Numbered from the stretch's first letter, positions 1 to 11,210 are shown. The stretch: DNA of 64,000 bases from a bacterium (GCA_018675685.1 JABGXP010000020.1:37680-101679), one strand, 5' to 3'. Notes: generated by a model not told the origin, from the letters alone. Numbers and translations are program-made.

Positions 1-576
1 AATGCAAATCAAGACGGACTCCTGGCTCGCCTTCAGAGGGTTGAGGGTTTAAGAATCAAAACAATAGCTCAAGGAGCTGCTTTGGCCCAAAATCTTTTTG
101 GAGGAGAAATTGAAGAGGAAATTGAAGAGCTTTCCGGGAAGAAGATTATTGGACTAATTGAAAAAGTGAAGCTTACCAGCATTGACGGAAGGGCAATCGA
201 AGTAGAAGCAAAAATTGATACTGGTGCTGACTCTTCCTCTATTGACATTGAGCTTGCAAGACAACTTGGTTTTGGAGCGATAATTAACGGATTTAATGAA
301 GCTGATATTTCCAATTACGATATTGATCCTGGAAAAGAGAAGGAAATTAAGGAAGACTTCATGAGTCAGTTTGGAACGAAAATTCCAGGAATAGAAAGCG
401 TCGCAGTTATTTTTTCATCCAGTGGAAAATCAATTCGCCCAGTTGTAAAATGTTCATTTGTGATGGATGAGGAAAAAGTTATTTCTAAAATGAACATCAC
501 TGATCGGAGCAAGCTAAATTATCAAATGATTGTAGGGCGTAAAGATCTGAGGAAATTTTTAGTGGAAATTAGATAG
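1..576 (+). CDS. RimB-like retropepsin / 'putative ATP-dependent zinc protease' (pfam05618-like) aspartic peptidase; probably 5'-partial, since the frame is open back to nt 1 (the ORF track starts at TTG 82)
   Basis: It has a DTGA aspartic-protease motif (…AKIDTGADSSSIDIELAR…) and resembles the RimK-associated peptidase family. It sits directly upstream of RimK-type ATP-grasp genes. There is no in-frame stop between nt 1 and 82. Confidence 0.55.
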   Translation, partial: NANQDGLLARLQRVEGLRIKTIAQGAALAQNLFGGEIEEEIEELSGKKIIGLIEKVKLTSIDGRAIEVEAKIDTGADSSSIDIELARQLGFGAIINGFNEADISNYDIDPGKEKEIKEDFMSQFGTKIPGIESVAVIFSSSGKSIRPVVKCSFVMDEEKVISKMNITDRSKLNYQMIVGRKDLRKFLVEIR

Positions 577-617
577 TTTAGTGCAAGAAAAGGAAGTTAA
601 TTGAATAATCAAAGAAA

Positions 618-1478
618 ATGAAATTTTTAATTTTAGGTGCAATTGACACAGAAAACACAAAAGATCTTGAATTGGAAATTTTAAAAAAAGGTCATGAAGT
701 TGCTAAGGTAAATCCAAAAGATTTCCTCTTCAGTGTTGAGAACAATGAATTTAATATAGCTGCGAGTGGAGTTAATCTTCTTAATTTTGATATATATCTT
801 CTTCGAGGATATAACATTTCCATCACTGAAACTAGGATTTTTGTTGAAAAATTGTTAAGTTTAGGGAAGATTGTAATAGATGAGGTTGTTGGAGAACAAT
901 ATATCCCCAGCAAGCTTTTTGAAGCCAGTTGTCTTTCTCGAGTCGGTTTGAATCACCCAAAAACATTTTCTATTTTAAAAGAGGAATCATTTGATTTATT
1001 TAAAGAAAAACTCGACTACCCAGTAATTGTAAAGCCAGTGGATGGACAGAAAGGACAGGATATGTACAAGTTCGAGTCGGAAGACCAATTAAATATTTTT
1101 ATTAAAAAAAATCAACGTGGCTGGTTGATTCAGGAGTGTTTACCAATAGATGGAGATGTAAGAGTTTTTGTCGTCGGAAGCGAAGTTCTGGGTGCTATTA
1201 AGAGATTTACAGTCGAAGGAGATTTTCGCTCAAATGCATCGCTCGGAGCAAACGCTAAAGAATTCGAATTAACCGAGGAGATAAAAGAAATTGCCCTAAA
1301 AGCCAAGGAGGCAATGAACTGTGAAGTAGCTGGAGTCGATTTGGCCTGGTCTAAAGAGAAGTGGTATGTGATTGAAGTTAATTTTTCCCCACAATGGCAA
1401 AAATTCAAAGAAATAACAGGATTAAACCCTGCTGAAAAAATAATTGAATATGCAATAGGTAAATATAACAATAAATAG
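618..1478 (+). CDS. RimK-family ATP-grasp ligase (alpha-L-glutamate ligase-like)
   Basis: 286 aa with ATP-grasp C-terminal motifs (…DVRVFVVGSEVLGAIKR…GDFRSNASLGANA…YVIEVNFSPQW…GLNPAEKII). Its stop overlaps the next start (TAGATG). Confidence 0.7.
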   Translation: MKFLILGAIDTENTKDLELEILKKGHEVAKVNPKDFLFSVENNEFNIAASGVNLLNFDIYLLRGYNISITETRIFVEKLLSLGKIVIDEVVGEQYIPSKLFEASCLSRVGLNHPKTFSILKEESFDLFKEKLDYPVIVKPVDGQKGQDMYKFESEDQLNIFIKKNQRGWLIQECLPIDGDVRVFVVGSEVLGAIKRFTVEGDFRSNASLGANAKEFELTEEIKEIALKAKEAMNCEVAGVDLAWSKEKWYVIEVNFSPQWQKFKEITGLNPAEKIIEYAIGKYNNK

Positions 1479-2417
1479 ATGAAGAAAAAAATAGGATTTT
1501 TTAAAAAACCGCAGGGAGTTTTTACAGAAGACTTTATTGGAGAAATCAAGGAAACATTAATGAACATTGAAGGGATCGAACTTTTTACAGAGCTTGATTA
1601 TCGAGAAGCATTTGTTAAAAACGGAGAGGTGTATATTGGTGATTTCAATCTAAATCAGCTCGATGTTTATTTTTGGCATGATATTGTCCATGTTAAGTTA
1701 TGGAAAGGGGATAACTACATTTTGAATGTCCTTAGTGCATTGGAAAAAGATTGTGTAGTTGTAAACTCAGTTAAATCCTCGAGAATTGTTAATGACAAAT
1801 ACCTTTCACATCTTGAATTGTTAAAGGCTGGATTGCCAGTTTCAGATTTTTCACTAGTTAATATCAAAAACCGAGATGCAGTAAGAAATGCTTTCAATGG
1901 AATGGGTGGTTCTGTTCTTTTGAAACCACGATACGGGGGTTTTGGGAGTGGAATTGTGAAAATCGACTCAGAAGAAAGATTGTTTGAGGTTTTGGAGTTT
2001 ATGCAAAATTATGTTGAAGCTCCAGATCAGCAGATATTAATGGAACGATTCTATGAAAACGACATTGAAAAGTGGACATCAGTTGTGGTTTTTGGTGACA
2101 AGGTCTTGTTCGGTTATCGAAAAAAAGTACTTGGTGATTCTGATTGGAAAGTTTATGATCCAGAAAGAAAAGACGCAAAGGGTCAATTCACTGATTATGT
2201 GAAAGTCGATGAAGAATTAGCAGTATTAGCGTTGAAGGCGAAAAATGCAATTGGAAAAGATATTATTTGTTTTGACTTTATTCACACCAAAGAGGGTTGG
2301 AAAATTATCGATGAAAACGGTCGGCCAGGATTATATCGACATTGCTTAGAAGCAGCTGGTGTAGATTTAAAAAAAGAAGTTGTGGATTTGATATTGTCAA
2401 AAATCAAGAAAGACTAG
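1479..2417 (+). CDS. ATP-grasp ligase, a divergent RimK/GshB-like paralog
   Basis: 312 aa containing …LLKPRYGGFGSGIVKI… and …VVVFGDKVLFGYRKK…GWKIIDENGRPGLY. It is translationally coupled to the upstream ATP-grasp gene. Confidence 0.6.
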   Translation: MKKKIGFFKKPQGVFTEDFIGEIKETLMNIEGIELFTELDYREAFVKNGEVYIGDFNLNQLDVYFWHDIVHVKLWKGDNYILNVLSALEKDCVVVNSVKSSRIVNDKYLSHLELLKAGLPVSDFSLVNIKNRDAVRNAFNGMGGSVLLKPRYGGFGSGIVKIDSEERLFEVLEFMQNYVEAPDQQILMERFYENDIEKWTSVVVFGDKVLFGYRKKVLGDSDWKVYDPERKDAKGQFTDYVKVDEELAVLALKAKNAIGKDIICFDFIHTKEGWKIIDENGRPGLYRHCLEAAGVDLKKEVVDLILSKIKKD

Positions 2418-2458
2418 AAGTTTATTTGTTAAAAAGGTAAAAAATAAAGTTCAAAGAT

Positions 2459-3337
2459 ATGAAAAGGATGCTTATTATCGTCGAAAACAGTGAAGAAGAA
2501 CAGTATCGTACCCTGAGAATTTTAGAAGAGGCAGAAAAAATGGGCTGCAAAGTTGATCTAATCAATAGCAGCGGAATGAAATTTCTGACAAATAAAGTCT
2601 TTGTCAAAGGAAAAGAACTCTACTTTGAAGAGTATGATGCGATTTATTCAATCGGAAACAGTGATAGACATCACTATTTTATTATGTTAGCAACAATCAA
2701 AACAGGAGTTCGGATTTGGCCTAGCAACAAACATCTTTTAATGAATGACAAGTTTTTCGAAGGAATCTTTTTGGACAATTTAGGAATCAGAACGCCCAAG
2801 ACAATTTTACTAACAAGCAAGGAAAAAGTAGTTGTAGATAAATTAGTAGAAGAAATTGGCGGTTACCCATGTGTTGCAAAGAAGGTTACGGGCTCTGAAG
2901 GAAGATATGTTTGCTTGGTAGAATCTTTTGATGATCTGTATAAATTTCTAGAGAAATTACCACATCCAAGCATTTCAGGAAAGAAAGGCATTCTTTTGCA
3001 AGAATATATAGAAGAATCCAAAGGGACTGATTTTAGGACATATTGCGTTGGTGATGAGATTCTAGGAGCTATTCAAAGAACCTCGCAAACTGATGATTTC
3101 AGAGCTAATGTTTCTTTAGGTGGTGTAGCGGAAAAGATTGAGGTGACAGCTGAAATGGAGGAGTTTTCAAGAAAAATAATGAAAGAAGGAAATTTTTTGT
3201 TTGCTGGAATCGATTTTATTATGAGCAACAGTGGTTTAGTAGCAATTGAAATCAATACATCTGCTGATTTTAAGGGATTTGAAAAAGCCACAGGAATTAA
3301 TGTCGCAGAAAAAATAATCAAAAAGTTTTTAGAATAA
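2459..3337 (+). CDS. RimK-family ATP-grasp ligase (third paralog)
   Basis: 292 aa containing …DFRTYCVGDEILGAIQRTSQTDDFRANVSLGG…VAIEINTSADFKGFEKATGINVAEKII. Confidence 0.65.
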   Translation: MKRMLIIVENSEEEQYRTLRILEEAEKMGCKVDLINSSGMKFLTNKVFVKGKELYFEEYDAIYSIGNSDRHHYFIMLATIKTGVRIWPSNKHLLMNDKFFEGIFLDNLGIRTPKTILLTSKEKVVVDKLVEEIGGYPCVAKKVTGSEGRYVCLVESFDDLYKFLEKLPHPSISGKKGILLQEYIEESKGTDFRTYCVGDEILGAIQRTSQTDDFRANVSLGGVAEKIEVTAEMEEFSRKIMKEGNFLFAGIDFIMSNSGLVAIEINTSADFKGFEKATGINVAEKIIKKFLE

Positions 3338-3473
3338 ATTTTTTAAAAAAGAGTTTTGCTCAAAAGAACTTAACAATAGTTGTATCTGAAAAAGTGGAGT
3401 TTGAAAAAGTGGAAAAAGAAATTTAAACTTGCTAGAATAAAAAAAGAAATTTGTAATAGTAAAATTAGATAAT

Positions 3474-5882
3474 ATGTGGTTAGTGAAACTGATACTTCTT
3501 GCAGTAGGAACTTGGATTTTGGCCAAGTTGTTTTTGTCGGATAAGGACCTAGGAAATTTAATAAAAAAGAAGAATCGCAAACTTTCCCCAACTAAAGGGA
3601 GTAACAAAAAAAGAAAACCAAGAAGTTTTCTTGTGAAGTCTTTATGGACAATGTTTTATATAGGCATTTCGTTAGTTGCTATTGTTGTTTGTATTTTAGG
3701 ATATGCCTTTGTTAAATATGCAAAGGATTTACCAGACCCAGAAAAAGTAAACAGTCGTGTTGTCGCTGAGTCAACAAAGATTTTCGATCGAACGGGTGAT
3801 GTTTTACTATACGAAGTGTTTGGTGAAGAGAAAAGGACAATAATTCCATTGGAAGAGATTCCTGATTCTGTTAAATATGCAACAATCGTTTTGGAAGATG
3901 ATATTTTCTATTCTCATAATGGTTTTGATATGGGCGGGCTCGTGAAAGCTATTTGCCATGAAGCTTCCTCGAGGGCTGGAATGGGTGATTTGGGAGGGAT
4001 TTGCCCCCGAAGAGGCGGCTCAACCATTACCCAACAATTTATTAAGAATTCTATTTTAACATCGGAAAGAAGTTATGAGCGAAAATTGAAAGAATTAATC
4101 CTAGCTGTAGAGATTGAGCAAAAGTTCTCTAAAGATGAGATCTTGCGAATGTATTTAAATGAAATTCCTTATGGTTCAAATGCATATGGAATTGAGGCCG
4201 CAGCACAAACATTTTTTGGAGTTCATGCCAAAGAACTGACATTAGCACAATCAGCTCTATTAGCTGGGTTGCCCAATGCTTCAACTTTCTATTCTCCACA
4301 CGGTTCTAATACGGATAGATTGCTGGTTCGTTGGAAAAAGGCTTTGAATTTAATGTCTGACCTAGGTTATATCACAAAAGAACAAGCTGTTTCAGCAATA
4401 GCAGAAGATATTTTAGGACAAATAAAACCGATTAAGGCTGATATTAAAGCACCTCACTTTGCTTTGTATGTAAGAGAGAAATTGATTGAAGAGTTTGGCG
4501 AAGAAAAATTAAAGGAAAAGGGCTTGAAGATCTACACTACGCTTGATTGGGATTTGCAACAATTAGGAGAAAAAGTTGTAAAAGAAGGTGTCGAAAAAAA
4601 TGGTGAACGCTATGGTTTTACAAACTCTGCATTAGTTGCAACAAATCCTAAAAATGGACAGGTTTTGGCGATGGTTGGATCAAAAGATTATTTTGATGAA
4701 GAGATTGATGGGAATGTTAATGTTACGACACGTTTAAGGCAACCAGGTTCATCTGTTAAGCCATATGTATATGCACAAGCTTTTTCAAAGGGCTATGACC
4801 CAGAGACGATTATTTTTGATGTAAAAACAAAGTTTTCTGAATCTGATAATAAAGAGGAGGAATATAAGCCAGAGAATTATGACGGAAAATTCAGAGGCCC
4901 AGTTTCAATGAAGAAAGCTTTGTCGACATCTTTAAATGTACCAGCAGTAAAAACGCTCTATCTCGCAGGAATAAAACCATCGATAAATTTGATGAGGGAA
5001 ATGGGGATTAGCACGCTAACTGATCCAGGGAGATATGGTCTTTCGCTTGTTCTTGGCGGTGGAGAAGTCAAGCTGATTGAGCACGTGGGAGCTTTTGGTG
5101 TCTTTGCTAATGAAGGGAGGAAACATGAACAATCAGTAATTTTAAGAGTTGAGGATGCTGAAGGGAATATTTTACAAGAATTCAAGGAAAAGGAAGGAAG
5201 ACAGGTTTTAGGCAAAAAGGTCGCAGCAACAATGAGTGCTATCTTGTCAGATAACAATCTTAGGGCCTCAGCATTTGGAACTCAGAACCCACTATATATT
5301 GAAGGAAGAAGCGTGATTGCAAAGACTGGGACAACAAATGAATTTCGTGATGGATGGCTTGTAGGCGCTTCGCGTTCATTGGCAGCAGGCGTTTGGTCAG
5401 GCAATAATGATAATACAGCGATGAAACCGGGTGCAGCAGGAGCAAACATCTCTGGTCCAACTTGGCATGCTTTCATGGTGGAGGCTTTGAAAAATTCGCA
5501 AGATGAGGAATTTTTGAAAATTGAAGATATTGAAGATGAAGAAAATGACGACGAGGAAGTAAAGCGTAAAGGAATTCTATACGGAAAAATAGATTTTGTT
5601 GAAAAAATTGAAGTTTGTAAATATGATGACGGTGATTATTGTTTGGAAAATAGTAGTTGTCCAGAGAAAAAAGTCGATAAGAAAAAATATTTCACGGGGC
5701 ATAACATACTTTACTATGTAAATAAGGATGACCCCCAAGGTGGACCGCCAAAAAGAGCTAAGGATGATCCACAATATAAAAATTGGGAAAAAGCAGTCTT
5801 GGAATGGGCAGAAGATCATGCCGACGGTAAAGGTCGCAAGCTACCACCGGAAAAGAAGTGTAAGGATAGTTATTTTGATTAA
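3474..5882 (+). CDS. mrcA: Class A penicillin-binding protein 1A (bifunctional transglycosylase/transpeptidase) with a roughly 130-aa acidic, Cys-containing C-terminal tail
   Basis: GT51 motifs EDDIFYSHNGFD and GGSTITQQ are present. Transpeptidase motifs SSVKP (SxxK), SLN and KTGT are present, along with a transmembrane helix. An alternative in-frame ATG start lies at 3651. Confidence 0.85.
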   Translation: MWLVKLILLAVGTWILAKLFLSDKDLGNLIKKKNRKLSPTKGSNKKRKPRSFLVKSLWTMFYIGISLVAIVVCILGYAFVKYAKDLPDPEKVNSRVVAESTKIFDRTGDVLLYEVFGEEKRTIIPLEEIPDSVKYATIVLEDDIFYSHNGFDMGGLVKAICHEASSRAGMGDLGGICPRRGGSTITQQFIKNSILTSERSYERKLKELILAVEIEQKFSKDEILRMYLNEIPYGSNAYGIEAAAQTFFGVHAKELTLAQSALLAGLPNASTFYSPHGSNTDRLLVRWKKALNLMSDLGYITKEQAVSAIAEDILGQIKPIKADIKAPHFALYVREKLIEEFGEEKLKEKGLKIYTTLDWDLQQLGEKVVKEGVEKNGERYGFTNSALVATNPKNGQVLAMVGSKDYFDEEIDGNVNVTTRLRQPGSSVKPYVYAQAFSKGYDPETIIFDVKTKFSESDNKEEEYKPENYDGKFRGPVSMKKALSTSLNVPAVKTLYLAGIKPSINLMREMGISTLTDPGRYGLSLVLGGGEVKLIEHVGAFGVFANEGRKHEQSVILRVEDAEGNILQEFKEKEGRQVLGKKVAATMSAILSDNNLRASAFGTQNPLYIEGRSVIAKTGTTNEFRDGWLVGASRSLAAGVWSGNNDNTAMKPGAAGANISGPTWHAFMVEALKNSQDEEFLKIEDIEDEENDDEEVKRKGILYGKIDFVEKIEVCKYDDGDYCLENSSCPEKKVDKKKYFTGHNILYYVNKDDPQGGPPKRAKDDPQYKNWEKAVLEWAEDHADGKGRKLPPEKKCKDSYFD

Positions 5883-5924
5883 GCTTAATTTTTTGAGTGT
5901 GTAAAAATTTATAGCAAAAAAAGG

Positions 5925-6779
5925 ATGAAACAAAAAACAAAAAAACAAAAAAACACCAAACTTCTTGATAGAATTAACAGGCAAGCTGAAAAAATAAAAA
6001 GATTGTTAGTTATTTTGGTTTTGGTTATAACTCCCATATATGTTTTATTCGCTGCCTTTCTATACTTTAATCAAGCCAATTTCTTCTACTACCCTGATAA
6101 GAGAGACTTTGAGAAATGTGATAGTTTCAAGGATTATCAAAAAACAAACAGCAATGGAACCAGAATGTATTATCAGGAAAAATCGAAAGAAGAAGTGATC
6201 GTTTTTTATCACGGCAATGTTGGTTCGGCTTGTGACAGGACTCATCTAAAACGTATTTTTAAAGGGACTAATAAATCAGTTATTTTTGTTGAATATGCTG
6301 GATATGCTGATGATCCCAAGATTCCCAGCAAAGAGTTAATTTTTCAAGACGTTTTCAATGTGAACACTTTTGTTCGTGAAAAAAGTTTCAAAAACATAAC
6401 AGTCGTAGGGGAAAGTATCGGAACAGGACCAGCCTCTTTCCATGCGAAAATTGGACAAGTTGAAAAACTATTGTTAGTAGCACCATTTGGGAAGATAGAA
6501 GATGTTGCTAAGGGTCGATATCCGATTTTTCCAATTTCAATCATGATCAAGGAAGATTATGATAATGTTAAAGCCCTTGAGAATTATAGAGGAAAAGTTT
6601 TAATTATTTCTGGGTCTGAGGACAAAGTCCTTCCAGCTAGATTTTCAGAGGAACTGTTTGAGAAATTGAATGTTCGTGAAAAAGAGCATGTTTCAGTTTT
6701 TGGGGCAGTGCACAACGATTTATTTAGTTTTCCTGAAACAATAGAAGGGATTGAAGAATTTATAAAAGATGAGGAATAA
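5925..6779 (+). CDS. Alpha/beta-fold hydrolase with an N-terminal membrane anchor
   Basis: GESIG nucleophile elbow (VVGESIGTGPAS) and an N-terminal hydrophobic helix. Confidence 0.6.
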   Translation: MKQKTKKQKNTKLLDRINRQAEKIKRLLVILVLVITPIYVLFAAFLYFNQANFFYYPDKRDFEKCDSFKDYQKTNSNGTRMYYQEKSKEEVIVFYHGNVGSACDRTHLKRIFKGTNKSVIFVEYAGYADDPKIPSKELIFQDVFNVNTFVREKSFKNITVVGESIGTGPASFHAKIGQVEKLLLVAPFGKIEDVAKGRYPIFPISIMIKEDYDNVKALENYRGKVLIISGSEDKVLPARFSEELFEKLNVREKEHVSVFGAVHNDLFSFPETIEGIEEFIKDEE

Positions 6780-7341
6780 AGAGAGGTGCAAGTGGGTTGA
6801 CTTAAATAACCCGCTTTACATTAAATATCATGATACAGCTTGGGGAGTGCCTGTTCATAGCGACAGGCTCCTTTTTGAAATGTTAACATTAGAGGGTGCA
6901 CAGGCCGGGCTTTCTTGGAGTACTATCTTGGCAAAAAGAGAAGGGTATAGAAACGCCTTTGAATGTTTCGATGTTGAAGTGATTGCAAGATATGGTGATA
7001 AAAAAATTCAAAAGTTGTTAAAGGATGAAGGAATCATTCGGAATCATTTGAAAATTCGCTCAACCATTAGGAACGCAAAAGTATTTATCGAGATTCAAAA
7101 GAAGTTTGATTCTTTCGATAAATATATTTGGGGCTTTGTTGGTGGAAAAACTATTCAAAATAATTTCAAAGAATCTAAGGATTTACCAGCAGAGACAAAG
7201 TTGAGTGAAGAAATCTCGCAAGATCTAAAAAAACGCGGAATGAATTTTGTTGGCCCAACAATTGTCTATGCTTTTATGCAAGCAATTGGGATGGTTAATG
7301 ATCATGAAAAAGGATGTTTCAGACATCAAGAATTAACTTAA
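6769..7341 (+). CDS. tag: DNA-3-methyladenine glycosylase I
   Basis: Tag family signature …YHDTAWGVPVHSDRLLFEMLTLEGAQAGLSWSTIL… It overlaps the upstream gene by 11 nt. Confidence 0.85.
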   Translation: MRNKERCKWVDLNNPLYIKYHDTAWGVPVHSDRLLFEMLTLEGAQAGLSWSTILAKREGYRNAFECFDVEVIARYGDKKIQKLLKDEGIIRNHLKIRSTIRNAKVFIEIQKKFDSFDKYIWGFVGGKTIQNNFKESKDLPAETKLSEEISQDLKKRGMNFVGPTIVYAFMQAIGMVNDHEKGCFRHQELT

Positions 7342-7354
7342 ATACTAATAATTC

Positions 7355-7382
7355 TTGACAAGAATTGAGTTCAAGTTACAAT
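7355..7382 (+). promoter_or_regulatory. Sigma70-type promoter for groL: TTGACA-N16-TACAAT
   Basis: TTGACA at 7355–7360 and TACAAT at 7377–7382, with a 16-nt spacer. Confidence 0.6.
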
Positions 7383-7393
7383 ATGAAGTATGA

Positions 7394-7420
7394 TTAGCAA
7401 CCAAAGCAGTAGAGTGCTAA
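7394..7420 (+). promoter_or_regulatory. CIRCE element (HrcA operator) upstream of groL
   Basis: TTAGCAACC-N9-GAGTGCTAA compared with the consensus TTAGCACTC-N9-GAGTGCTAA. The right arm is perfect and the left arm matches 7/9. It lies between the promoter and the groL start. Confidence 0.7.
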
Positions 7421-7425
7421 TGTGA

Positions 7426-9216
<1,791 letters not shown>

Positions 9217-9242
9217 TTTGAGAAAATAAATTTGAAATAACA

Positions 9243-9282
9243 AAAAACAGCCTGCAAATGAATTGCGATAGGCTGTTTTTTG
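9243..9282. terminator. Bidirectional rho-independent terminator after groL
   Basis: An A-run, then stem AACAGCCT…AGGCTGTT (about 10 bp), then a T-run (TTTTTTG). Confidence 0.7.
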
Positions 9283-9357
9283 TTCGCAGAAAGTGCATTT
9301 TTTTAGGGGTCTGCTCAATGAGCAGACCCCTAAGCGGAGAATGATGAAAAAAGTTTA

Positions 9358-9489
9358 ACACATACAATGTGATGCTGGTGCAGCTTTTCTTGGGAACGGA
9401 TCAAAACCCATGTCCTTTTTTGTCTGCCGGCGGATGTTGGCAATTATGTTTTTTGGTGTCTCAATAAGAAAAATAATTATTTTTTTCAT
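9358..9489 (-). CDS. Candidate small protein (44 aa, MKKIIIFLIETPKNIIANIRRQTKKDMGFDPFPRKAAPASHCMC) with its own extended -10 promoter and ribosome-binding site
   Basis: On the minus strand there is an AAGGAGG/GGAGG ribosome-binding site 6 nt upstream of the ATG (plus 9496–9500). Upstream of that is a TGTGTATAAT extended -10 (plus 9515–9524). The unit is bracketed by terminator hairpins. Confidence 0.3.
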
Positions 9490-9613
9490 AGAGCGCCTCC
9501 TTTTCTCCACACTTTCATTATACACATTTTTTAGCGGAAAAGAAAAGATAGTCGGACAAAGTTTGTCCGACTATCCTGCTTCTATTTACAAATATCTTTT
9601 TGCAAATGATCTT

Positions 9614-10333
9614 TTAAGTTTCATTTAGCTGTAAGCTCAAAGACCTTTCCTTTCGTATCGGATTGTGTCTTGCTCCAGCAGTAAAGCCATAGCAAATGAC
9701 CCAGAGCAATTCGGTGATTGGGACATTTGCAAATCTGATATCTAGTGGGGTGTCATAGAGAAACCACCAGCTTCTTAGAATGTCCTCAGTATTTATGATT
9801 AAGATTCTACCGAAGTAATAAACAGAGAAGAGCAGAACTGTCATGAATGCACTTGTGAGAAGAGCACTTTCTAGAGACGCCTCTCTTTTGAAAATCATGA
9901 TAATTCCACTGGAACCATATCCCAATGCTGTTGCAAAAATAGAGTTGACTCCCATCATAATTAAGACAATTGTGATGAAAAAAAATGTAAAATAATGGAG
10001 TGCCAATCTGCTGTGTTTGATTTCCATATTTCGTTTATCTTTGTTACGGAAAATTGCTTGATATGCAACTGCGGCGATTCCACCGAAAAAGAATGCAAAT
10101 AACATTGATTCTAAGAGAATATTAACTGATCCGACTTGGAAACTAAGAATACTTTTCGGTGTCCAGTAATCAGTAAAGAAAAATAGATCAATTGCAATGC
10201 CAAAAGGCATCTTTGCTAAACTCAATTTCAGTTGCCTTCTTCTAGTGTTTGGTGAAAATATTAAAAACAAAAACCAAACAAAAATGAAAGGCACACACAA
10301 TCCAATATATGAATACTTAAGTTCTAAAAACAT
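9614..10333 (-). CDS. Hypothetical polytopic membrane protein
   Basis: 239 aa with several hydrophobic helices. A hairpin terminator (GTCGGACAAAGTTTGTCCGAC, 9551–9571) lies downstream on the minus strand. Confidence 0.45.
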   Translation of the reverse strand: MFLELKYSYIGLCVPFIFVWFLFLIFSPNTRRRQLKLSLAKMPFGIAIDLFFFTDYWTPKSILSFQVGSVNILLESMLFAFFFGGIAAVAYQAIFRNKDKRNMEIKHSRLALHYFTFFFITIVLIMMGVNSIFATALGYGSSGIIMIFKREASLESALLTSAFMTVLLFSVYYFGRILIINTEDILRSWWFLYDTPLDIRFANVPITELLWVICYGFTAGARHNPIRKERSLSLQLNET

Positions 10334-10442
10334 CTGGACTCCTCCTTTGTTTTGATTGCTGGTTTACAGAAATTTGAAAATGATAAGGACTATTTCATGA
10401 AACAATAGCATGAATCATCTAATTTAGCAATGATCAAGGGGC

Positions 10443-11210
10443 TTAGCTTGTTTCAATTGTCATGGTAATAGGAAGGTGATCAGAAAGCTTATTCCCTAAG
10501 ACCTTAATTTCAAACTTTAGGTCATTTGGGACAAGGAAGAGATCAAGTGCTTTTTGAGGTTTAAAAGAGGGAAAAGTAGCCTGTTTACTTGTAAATTTAA
10601 GTTGGGACTTTTCCATCAAAGAACTAAGTTCAGTGAGTCCTCCGTAGACATTAAAATCTCCACAAATTATTTTTGATTTAACTTTTCCAAATTTTTGCTG
10701 AATTTCTTGAAACTGTTTTGCGCGAATTTTTTTGCTTAATGAAAAATGCATAAAAAAAAGACTAGTTCTATTTGGAAGTTCAACTTCAAGTAGTAGTTTT
10801 TTTGTGCCATTTTCGAGATAGTGTTTTTTGCACGACAATTTCTTTTTTGAAATCACAGCATTTCCTTTCGATTTGAATGGGGGTAACTTACGAAGGAAAC
10901 TGTTTTCTCCATATTTCACTGCGATGTCATGAAATGCATAACTCTCACTCAGCAGAGTTCTTATTTGTTTCCCCTGTTTGATTTCCGTCAGGCAAATCAA
11001 ATCAGGGTTTTCAGTCTTAATTATTGCTTTTAATTCACTTAGTACTTCATCTTCAATTTTTTCCGGTAGAAAAGGGTAGCGGTAAAATTTTGTGAAATAA
11101 TCTTTCATTGAACCATCGAGCTTGGTGCAATAACCAAGATTTAGTAGCAGTATTTTAAATTTTTTCAAATCGTTCATATTTATTTTTGTGAAGCCTTTAA
11201 ATGACTGCAT
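10443..11210 (-). CDS. Endonuclease/exonuclease/phosphatase (EEP) family protein
   Basis: C-terminal …LSDHLPITMTIE motif and EEP-like core motifs (…DLICLTEI…). Confidence 0.6.
   Translation of the reverse strand: MQSFKGFTKINMNDLKKFKILLLNLGYCTKLDGSMKDYFTKFYRYPFLPEKIEDEVLSELKAIIKTENPDLICLTEIKQGKQIRTLLSESYAFHDIAVKYGENSFLRKLPPFKSKGNAVISKKKLSCKKHYLENGTKKLLLEVELPNRTSLFFMHFSLSKKIRAKQFQEIQQKFGKVKSKIICGDFNVYGGLTELSSLMEKSQLKFTSKQATFPSFKPQKALDLFLVPNDLKFEIKVLGNKLSDHLPITMTIETS

Noticed and set aside
9410-9628. 72-aa plus-strand ORF in the groL downstream region
   Set aside because: It overlaps terminator hairpins and the better-supported minus-strand small ORF, and it has no ribosome-binding site.
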